Positions 54,850-64,000 of a DNA stretch of 64,000 nt are shown here, piece after piece. The notes under the pieces are model-generated. The model saw nothing but the letters and a program-made list of their open reading frames with translations. It ran no database searches and was not told where the DNA came from. The position numbers and the translations under genes are program-made. Source of the stretch: Leucoraja erinacea (lineage: Eukaryota); the NCBI RefSeq assembly GCF_028641065.1, contig NC_073411.1, positions 13,392,001 through 13,456,000 of the forward strand, given 5' to 3'. Each line of letters begins with the position of its first letter. Positions within the stretch are counted from its first letter, which is position 1.

Positions 54850-55484
54850 CCCTTCCCTGGGTCACTTGACCATTGACCTCACCTCTCTCCTCCGTCCATC
54901 TCAGGCCCAGAGGATCCCTGCATCAGGTCACTGGCCGCCACTTTAAACCATGGTGGACCTCTTGGCAGAGGCCCAATGGTCAGATGAATCATCTACCCTG
55001 AACACCATGAAACAGACGAAAGGCCGGAGGCAGAACAGCTGGAGAGGAGCAACAAGAGAGACTTCACCTCTGATGTAGATGTGACGGCACTTGTTGCATT
55101 AACAATTGTTGTCCAGGCCAGAGTGAGCTCAACAACCTGGTTTGTGTTCGAGACTTATTGAGCCCCGGTCCCTGGCTGGCTGCTCCCCAAGAGTGGTCTA
55201 CAAGTACCAGGTGGTCCCTGCTCAACCCAGGGAGTCAAGGACGTTGATAGTGCCGACTTTTATTGACAGCTTGCCCACTGTGAAGATGGAGCCACATCAA
55301 TGTTGCGGGCTGCATGCTGCCTATCACCTTGTGCAATGTTTGTTCAGCCTGGTCGCTTGGCTTTGGGCCTCCCCGTGTGAAAGGAGAAAAAACATCCTTC
55401 ACTTTACAGATCTGTGAGGCTCAGCTGTGCCTTGCGAAGGCAGGGCGTTTCCACATTCTCAACATTGAGAAAAGGCCTGGAGGC

Positions 55485-55790
55485 AAAGGCTCGGTAAATC
55501 AGGCTGGGCCTAATGGAAAGGCTCAGAAAATCAGACTGGGCCTGACAGGAAGGCTAAGCAACTCAGGCTGGGCCTAACAGGAATGCTCAAGTAACTCAGA
55601 CTGGGCCTAATGGAAATGCTCAGTAAATCAGACTGGGCTTGACAGGAAGGCTAAGCAACTCAGGCTGGGCCTAACAGGAAGGCTCAAGTAACTCCAGGTG
55701 GGCCAAATGGAAAGGCTCAGTAGCTCAAGCTGGGCCTAACAGGAAGACCTCAGCTCAGGCCTAACAGAAAGGCTTGGCAACTCACTTCCT
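55485..55790. repeat. ~31-33 bp minisatellite in the probable NPY receptor 3' UTR
   Basis: About 9-10 units of AGGCTCAGTAA(A/C)TCAG(G/A)CTGGGCCTAA(C/T)(A)GGA. Confidence 0.85.
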
Positions 55791-58319
55791 TTACGACAGA
55801 ACCACTGGGGAATTGGGTTAAACAAACAATACCATGAGCAGCCCGGACATAATCTCTTGCCTGGAGAAAAGTGCTGAGAGTTGGGAGAGCAGTTAAATAA
55901 AAGCATCCTGAAAATGCATGAGAACATTTAATGGACCCTCTGCGGTTTTTCCAAACTCAGGCCCCTCTACAGGGGGGCAAGATGTGGTTCTGGGTCTCCC
56001 GCTGTGAGAGACTGCGGGTGCTGTGAGTTAGGGGGTGGGAGCTCGAATCGTGAGGGCAAACTTATCCTCATTGGAGCTCACCGCTTCCCCTCAGTCAATT
56101 GTCCTCAGTGTCTGAATTGTAAATATTTTAAATTGCCTTCTCTTCTATCTACAGAAAAAAAACTGTTGTTTAATTAAATTTCTTGACTATGACAGATCAA
56201 TGTCTATTAAAATTTACCACACCAAGTTGCATGTACAGTTTTCCTCATTCAATTCCTCATTGCATTTCTACGAGACACCGTCTGTGTAAGATGGCAGGGA
56301 TTTCTGAACCTGAGTCGGGATTCAAGTGTGTTAACTCGTCACGTGTATCAGGAATGGAACAATGTCACTCTTACTCGCTGCAACTTTATCAAGGACAAGT
56401 CGCACCCTGGCCACTCCTTCATATCCCCCCCCCCTTTATTCTCAAACGGTGACCCCTGGTTCTGGACTCCCCCGACATCGGGAACATTTTTCCTGCATCT
56501 AGCCTGTCCAGTCCTTTAAGAATGTTATATGTTTCTCTAAGATCCCATCTCATCCTTCTAAATTCCTGTGAATATATGCCCAGTCGACCCATTCCCTCAG
56601 CATATGTCAGTCCCGCCATCCCGGGAATTAACCTGGTGAACCTACGCTGCAAGAATGTCCTCCCTCAAATTAGGGGACCAAAACCTGGTGAACCTGGCCA
56701 CTGGAAATGGTGTGTAGCTGAGAGTGGTCGATGGCCATAAAATGAAGCTGGTGTTTGGAGATGGTAGCTCAGGAGAGACTGCAGACGATGGAATAATCTT
56801 GAGGCAAATAACAAAATGTCACTCACTGATGGTGCAGCATCTGTGGAGGATGTGTGGGTGGGTGACATGGATCAGGATCCTTCTTCAGTCCTCACTCACA
56901 CTGAAGATGGGGGGGGGAAGAGGGAGGAGAGAGAGAGAGAGAGAGAGAGGGGGGAGAGAGAGAGGGGTGAGAGAGTGTGTGAAGAGGGGGGGGGAGAGAG
57001 AGAGGGGTGAGATAGAGAGGGAGGGAGAAAGAAAGAGGGGGAGAGAGAGGAGATAGGGAGAGAGGGGGAGAGAGAGGGAGGAGGGAGAGAGGGAGGGGGG
57101 GAGAGGGGGTGGTGAGGGGGTGAAAGAGAGGGAGAGGGGGGGTGAGAGAGGGGGTGAGAGGGAGAGATGGGGGGTGAGAGAGGGGACGGGGGGGGAGAGA
57201 GGTGGGGGGGGGAGAGAGAGGGGGGGTGAAAGAGAGGGTAGTGGGGATGAAAGAGAGAGGATAGTGGGGGTAAAAGAGAGAGTGAGGTTAAAGAGAGAGG
57301 GAGGGGAGAGAGAGGGGGGAAGAGAGGTTCCACTCTGAAGAGGTTCTCCTCTTCTCCCCGTGTCCATCTCCCTCCACCTTCGCTGCCTGTCCGGCTGAGT
57401 GGAGGTGGAGGTAGAGAGTGTGTGTGTGTGAGACAGGCCGAAGGTCCTGTTCTCCTGCTGTCCCGCCCCAAGTCAAGTCAAGTCAAGTCAAGTCAAGTTT
57501 ATTTGTCACATACACATACGAGATGTGCAGTGAAATGAAAGTGGCAATGCCCGCGGAACAACAAAACAACCAAACAAATTATAAACACAATCATAACACA
57601 CATATTATTTTACATAATAAATAATAGAAGGAAAAACGTTCTGTACAGTTAGTCCCTGGTGAGATAGGAGTTTACAGTCCGAATTGCCTCTGGGAAGAAA
57701 CTCCTTCTCAACCTCTCCGTTCTCACTGCATGGCAACGGAGGCGTTTGCCTGACCGTAGCGGCTGGAACAGTCCGTTGCAGGGGTGGAAGAGGTCTCTCA
57801 TGATTTTGTTTGCTCGCGAGTTGCACCTCGTGAGCGGGCTTGCGCGGTTAGAGGCACCGCGTCCCGTCGAACTCCTCCCGCCCCTCTCCCCTTGGTTCTT
57901 GGTTTCTTGGTCCTCCAAAATATTCCAATGGAATTTAAACTGGAGGTGGTGAAGGGAGGGCTTAAGCCAGAAAGGGTTATTGGGAAAAAAGAGCTACTTT
58001 AAATCAAAGATCTTATAGCGGGTCTCTGCTGTAAGATCTTTGCTTTACACTCTCACTCTACTCACAGTCACTTGATTCTGCGGCTGGCACTGGCCACTCA
58101 AATCAGCTGCCCCGGATATTTTTATGATTGGTTTATTGTATTTTAATGTTGTGTTTTACCTGCTTTTAACTATTTATAGTTCCATCAGGGACTGGATTGT
58201 TTTTAGTGTTATTATGTGTGTAATGTTTTAAATTTCATGTGCGATGCTCCGCTATTCCCTGGGAAACGTCTTTTCATTTTGCACTGTACAACTGTTGCTT
58301 GCAAGATGACAATAAAGGT

Positions 58320-58812
58320 TGATCTATTACCTAAATGGTGTCCGACTAGGAAAAGGGGGGAGATGCAGCGAGACCTGGGTGTCATGGTACACCAGTCATT
58401 GAAAGTAGGCATGCAGGTGCAGCAGGCAGTGAAGAAAGCGAATGGTATGTTAGCTTTCATAGGAAAAGGATTTGAGTATAGGAGCAGGGAGGTTCTACTG
58501 CAGTTGTACAGGGTCTTGGTGAGACCACACCGGGAGTATTGCGTACAGCTTTGGTCTCCAAATCTAAGGAAGGACATTATTGCCATAGAGGGAGTGCAGA
58601 GAAGGTTCACCAGACTGATTCCTGGGATGTCAGGACTGTCTTATGAAGAAAGACTGGATAGACTTGGTTTATACTCTCTAGAATTTAGGAGATTGAGAGG
58701 GGATCTTATAGAAACTTACAAAATTCTTAAGGGGTTGGACAGGCTAGATGCAGGAAGATTGTTCCCGATGTTGGGGAAGTCCAGGACAAGGGGTCACAGC
58801 TTAAGGATAACT
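58320..58812 (+). mobile_element. CR1 LINE RT C-terminal fragment
   Basis: RDLGVMVHQSLKVGMQVQQAVKKANGMLAFI...LYRVLVRPH.EYCVQLWSP...EGVQRRFTRLIPG. Confidence 0.9.
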
Positions 58813-58897
58813 GGAAACTGGCAAACGTGGTCCATTTGTGCACAAGGGCAGCGGGGGGAAGCGTGGAAGGGGAGCTGTTCAACATCAAGATTAATGG

Positions 58898-59028
58898 TAG
58901 ACAAAAGTGCTGGAGAAACTCAGCGGGTGCAGCAGCATCTATGATGATCTATGATGCTGCTGCACCCGCTGAGTTTCTCCAGCACTTTTGTCTACCTTCG
59001 ATTTTCCAGCATCTGCAGTTCCTTCTTA
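58898..59028. mobile_element. Penelope-derived fold-back insertion
   Basis: Inverted arms. TSD AACATCAAGATTAATGG at 58881-58897 and 59029-59045. Confidence 0.8.
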
Positions 59029-59959
59029 AACATCAAGATTAATGGACTTGGAAAGCCAAAGATGAATCAGTGACTGCCAACGTGACTTTGTGAAGGGCAG
59101 ATCCTGTCTGACCAATTTGATTAAATTCTGTGCAAAGTTAATAAAAGTGATGCGCGGTCTGCGCAATAGGAGTGGACTTTATTTGACAACCTGTTCGACA
59201 AGTTCAGCTGGTTGGAGCACATGGGTTCCATTGGCTAAATTTGATCCACTAGCTGAGAAATAAGGAACTGCAGATTCTGGTTTGCAAAAAAAACAACACA
59301 AAGTGCCGGAGTAATTCAGCGGGTCAGGCAGCATCTCTGGAGCGAAGGATTAGGCGACGTTTCGGGTCGTCTTAAGAAGGGTCTCGACCCGAAACGTCGC
59401 CCATATCCTTATCTCCATGGATGTTGCCTCACCCACTGAGTTACTCCAGCATTTTTGCCTACCTTCGATTTTTCCAGCATCTACAGTTCCTTCTTAAACA
59501 AGAGTCATTCAGCGGGCCAGGCAGCAGAAAACTAGAAGACAGAGTTTGCCCTTGACTCATACTCGCAGCATGGTCGTCACGAGGTCGTAGGAGGTCGTAA
59601 GTAGGACGTGGCATCAAGTCGGTCGGGCGTTTTTACTAACATAATGGAGGACAAGGGGTCACAGCTTAGGGATAAGGGGGAAATCCTTTAAAACCGAGAT
59701 GAGAAGAACTTTTTTCACACAGAGAGTGGTGAATCTCTGGAACTCTCTGCCACAGAGGGTAGTCGAGGCCAGTTCATTGGCTATATTTAAGAGGGAGTTA
59801 GATGTGGCCCTTGTGGCTAAAGGGGATCAGGGGGGTATGGAGAGAAGGCAGGTACGGGATACTGAGTTGGATGATCAGCCATGATCATATTGAATGGCGG
59901 TGCAGGCTCGAAGGGCCGAATGGCCTCCTCTTGCACCTAATTTCTATGTTTCTATGATT

Positions 59960-60240
59960 GAATGATTAAATGTAGTTGCATTTGGTTGTGTAACTATAGT
60001 TGGGTGGAGATTATTCCATGCTTTAATTGTGCGGGGGAAGAACGAATTGCTGTACACATCTGTCTTTGTAGCTGGGATCACAAATTGGATCGAATGTGCC
60101 CTCGTCTGCTCCTAATCGGTTTGGGGTTGGTGTGGGGCTTGTAGTCTATGTCGAGCTGACCATTTAACATTTTGTAAAAACAGGTCAAACGGTGAGCTTC
60201 ACGTCTGTCTTGCAGAGGGTTCCACCCCACAGAATTCTGA
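59960..60240 (-). mobile_element. 3' fragment of a further non-LTR retrotransposon (CR1/RTE-X-like)
   Basis: The minus strand reads WNPLQDRREAHRLTCFYKMLNG...YSNSFFPRTIKAWNNLHP. Its downstream continuation, ending in (ACCAAGA)n, recurs at about 12376-12535 (+), 50575-50733 (+) and 57890-58003 (-). Confidence 0.65.
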
Positions 60241-60269
60241 ACTTTGGTGCCGCCCACACTGCTTGAACT

Positions 60270-60540
60270 CACTCACTCGCTCACTGTCAGTCTGTGACTC
60301 TTGTGTGGAGCAGTCGGAGTGTGCAACTGGACGTCCGAGTCTTTGCTCCTAGCAAGTTGGAAAAGTTTTTTATTTTAACTTTTACTCCCCCCCCCCAGTT
60401 TTGCTGAGTCTACCCCCTCACCCCCCTCCCTCTGGGGCTGGAGCCGCTGAGAAAGTTGAAGACAACTTTAACTGTAGTTGGAGAAAGTTTCCGTACTGGT
60501 GATGAACATGATCACGGAGCGCATGGAATTCCCGGTCAGT
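60270..60540 (+). other. Possible first exon of an unidentified downstream gene
   Basis: Unique, CpG-containing, UTR-like sequence ending ATG AAC ATG ATC ACG GAG CGC ATG GAA TTC CCG|GTCAGT (possible donor near 60534), followed by a C-rich intron-like tract. Confidence 0.3.
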
Positions 60541-60999
60541 CCCGCCCGCGGCTCCCGGTCTCTCCCCCCCACCTCCTCTCTAATTCTATCCCCTCTCCCT
60601 CTCCCTTCCCCTCTCTTCCCCCCGGGGAAGTAGCAACACCGAATCCTCCCACCGTCTCCTCTGAGCTTTTGTTGTTTTTTTCCTTCAGCAGCGCCGCCAA
60701 TTGCATCATCGCCCATTCACTCACTGCCCGCCCTCCGGGAACCCCCCACCCCCCCCATCTTAACGCGGACCTTCCTCTCCCGAGCCCCCCCCCCCCCCCA
60801 TCCCATCTCAACTGCCCCCCCTACTCTTGCCTCTCCACCACCCCCCCCCCCCCCCCCCCCACTCTTCTCCCCCCCCCCCCCCTCTTACCCCCCCCGCCCC
60901 CCCAACTCTACCCCCCACCCCACTCTTTCTCCCCCCCCCACTCCCCTCCACCTCCCGAATTGTGCTCAGTTAATGAATGAATTAGAAGATTTGTTTGTT

Positions 61000-61226
61000 T
61001 AAGAAGGAACTGTAGATGCTGGAAAATCGAAGGTAGACAAAAGTGCTGGAGAAACTCAGCGGGTGCAGCAGCATCTATGTGGAGCGAAGGAAATAGGCAA
61101 CGATTCGGGCCGAAACCCTTCAGGAAGGAAATAGGTAACGTTTCGGGCCGAAACGTTGCCTATTTCCTTCGCTCCACATAGATGCTGCTGCACCCGCTGA
61201 GTTTCTCCAGCTTTTTTGTGTACCTG
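61000..61226. mobile_element. Penelope-derived fold-back insertion
   Basis: Inverted arms. TSD AGAAGATTT(G/A)TTTGTT at 60984-60999 and 61227-61242. Confidence 0.8.
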
Positions 61227-62707
61227 AGAAGATTTATTTGTTCAGTTTTTATATTATTGATAGTTGCTCCCAACATTTGAGTATATTGGTGGTGGGAAAC
61301 GTAACTTAACAGAAGATTGAGGGGGGATCTTATAGAAACTTACAAAATTCTTAAGGGGTTGGACAGGAAGATTATTCCCGACGTTGGGGAAGTCCAGAAC
61401 AAGGGCTCACAGTTTAAGGATAAGAGGGAAGACTTTTAGGACCGAGATGAGGAAATCATTTTTTTACACAGAGAGTGGTGAATCTGTGGAATTCTCTGCC
61501 ACAGAAGGTAGTTGAGGCCACAGTTCATTGACTATATTTAAGAGGGAGTTGGATGTGGCCCTTGTGGCTAAAGGGATCAGGGGGTATGGAGAGAAGGCAG
61601 GGATGGGATACTGAGTTGGATGATCAGCCATGATCATATCAAATGGCGGTGCAGGCTCGAAGGGCTGAATGGCCTACTCCTGCACCTATTTTCTATGTTT
61701 CTATGTAACATTTAATTGACATAATGATACCTTACTGCCCACAAATAAAAACTGAGAGTAAAATATTGCAAAAATGTAAATTCTGATTTGTGGTTTGCGC
61801 GATGAAGGGGGATAGATTGCTGAACACGTTTTGTTTTTGTAAAATAATCTAAAGCACTTTGTGGTCCGGGTGCATTTTGAACAGCGAACTCAACCTCCAA
61901 TTATTTAAACCTAGCTATTGAATGAATCATTTGGTTTAAACAATAATAATTGAGTGATGATATTGTGCAATTGTGTAGTGTATTAATTATATAATAACAG
62001 TGGGCGTTGTTGCAAAGCGGAAATGCAACTAGTAATGTTGTGTGTGGTATGAGTGATCACCAGAGCAAGTACCTTGTGGAAATAATCAGCAGATATTGCC
62101 ACTTCCTCTCCAGGCCCGCCACTTGTTTTATGTATATTTTTTTTAATTGTCACTGTATGTCATGTTGTCACTTGCGGGCAGGGCACCAAGGCAAATTCCT
62201 TGCATGTGAATACTTGGCCAATAAACTTATTCACTTACCATTGACCAGAACACATGGGCCACTCTACACCCAGGTCACAAGTTGACAAGTTCCCACACAA
62301 GAGATTAGTGTGCAAAACTTGAGCACATGGTATTCGTTTTGTTGTTTGTCTTTTGCACAAAAGTCCGCGAGCATTGCCACTTTCATTTCACTGCACATCT
62401 CGTATGTGTATGTGACAAATTGACTTGACTTGACTTGGTGGTAGGGTATTGACATGGGATAGATTGGCAGACAGGAAGCAAAGAGTAGGAATTAACGGGA
62501 CCTTTTCAGAATGTCATGCAGTGACTAGTGGGGTGCCGCAAGGCTCAGTGCTGGGAACCCAGTTATTTATAACATCCATTAGTGATTTAGACAAGGAGAA
62601 TTAAAAGTTAAAGTAACATCTTCAAGTTTGTGGATGACACAAAGCTGAGTGGCAGTGTGAGATGCAATGAGAATGCTATGAGGCTGCAGGGTGACTTGGA
62701 TAGATAG

Positions 62708-62936
62708 TGTGTTTAAGAAGGAACTGCAGATGCTGGAAAATCGAAGGTATACAAAAATGCTGGAGAAACTCAGCGGGTGCAGCAGCATCTATGGAGCGAA
62801 GGAAATGGGCAACGTTTCGGGCCGAAACCCAGAAGGGTTTCAGCCCGAAACGTTGCCTATTTCCTTCAGTCTGAAGAAGGGTTTTGGCCTGAAACGTTGC
62901 TTATTTCCTTCGCTCCATAGATGCTGCTGCACCCGC
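62708..62936. mobile_element. Penelope-derived fold-back insertion nested in a CR1 RT fragment
   Basis: Inverted arms with a hammerhead core at 62871-62898. TSD TGACTTGGATAGATAG at 62692-62707 and 62937-62952; removing the insert restores CR1 LQGDLDRL. Confidence 0.8.
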
Positions 62937-64000
62937 TGACTTGGATAGATAGGTTGGGTGAGTGGGCAGATTGCAGTATAATGTGGATAAATGTGAGGTT
63001 ATCACCTTTGGTGACGAGAACAGGAAGGCAGATTATTATCTGAATGGCGTCAAGTTGGGGAAAGGGGAGGTACAACGAGACCTGGGTGTCATCACCTCTC
63101 CATCTTCTAGAGTTGCTGCCTGACCCGTTGCATTACGTAAACATGGAACATACAGCACAGGAAGTCTTATCTGCCTGCACATCCCTTCAATTCCCTGCAT
63201 ATACATAGAAACATAGAAAATAGGTGCAGGAGTAGGCCATTCGGCCCTTCGAGCCTGCACCGCCATTCAATATGATCATGGCTGATCATCCAACTCAGTA
63301 TCCCATACCTGCTTTCTCTCCATACCCACTGATCCCTTTAACCACAAGGGCCACATCTAACCCCCTCTTAAATATAGCCAATGAACTGTGGCCTCAACTA
63401 CCCTCTGTGGCAGAAAGTTCCAGAGATTCACCACTCTCTGTGTGAAAAATGTTTTTCTCATCTCGGTCTTAAAGGATTTCCCCCTTATCCTTAAACTGTG
63501 ACCCCTTGTCCTGGACTTCCCCAACATCGGGAACAATCTTCCTGCATCTAGCCTGTCCAACCCATTAAGAATTTTGTAAGTTTCTATAAGATCCCCCATC
63601 AATCTCCTAAATTCTAGTGAGTATAAGCCAAGTCTATATCCGGCATATCCATGCGCCTCTCCAGTATCTTAAATGCCACTATCGTATCTGCCTCCACCAT
63701 CATCCCTGGCAATGTGTTCCAGGCACCCACCTCCCTCTTGTGTGGGGGGAAAAAATATCTGCATATCTCCTTTAAACCTTGCCCCTCTCACCTGAAAGCT
63801 GTGCCCTCGGGTATTTGATATTTCTACCCTGGGGGGGAAAGATTCTGGCTGTCTACCCCATCTGTGCGGCTCATTAGTTGACAAAATTCTATCAAATCAC
63901 TCCGGCGTTGCTGAGAAAGCTATCCAAGTCTTTTTATTTTTCATTTCACTGCACGTCTCGTATGTGTATGTGACAAATAAACTTGGCTTGACTTGAAGTC

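Noticed and set aside
56885-57471. Ser/Pro/Leu-rich and Glu/Arg/Gly-rich ORFs
   Set aside because: They are translations of a (GA/G)n purine tract.
58216-58944. 242-aa ORF as a host gene
   Set aside because: It is a CR1 reverse-transcriptase C-terminal fragment fused by chance to flanking sequence. The same applies to 31914-32477 and 28703-29000.

Overview
This is a vertebrate genomic window, very likely from a cartilaginous fish such as a skate or ray. That is inferred from the HE1/V-SINE, CR1 and Penelope repeat content and a retained Y8 receptor. Four genes can be reconstructed by eye. UBE2D4-like (+, coding exons 2-7, 10246-14287; exon 1 not found). KANSL3 (+, 22 coding exons, 19285-39538, about 1066 aa). 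COX5B (-, 4 exons, 45961-39883, 135 aa), which lies tail-to-tail with KANSL3. An intronless NPY Y8-type receptor (+, 53731-54849). The rest is mostly CR1, L2 and Rex1 LINE fragments, tRNA-derived SINEs, three TIR MITEs with odd or typical TSDs, a Harbinger MITE, and simple repeats. The most striking non-genic signal is a family of short (about 130-260 bp) fold-back insertions derived from a Penelope-like (GIY-YIG) retroelement end. Nine related insertions (eight fold-back, one single-armed) have 11-17 bp target-site duplications. Many carry a minimal hammerhead-ribozyme core near the turn point. A tenth insertion has instead copied 100 bp of neighbouring genomic DNA in inverted orientation. 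All identifications are by recognition of sequence and motifs; no database searches were run.
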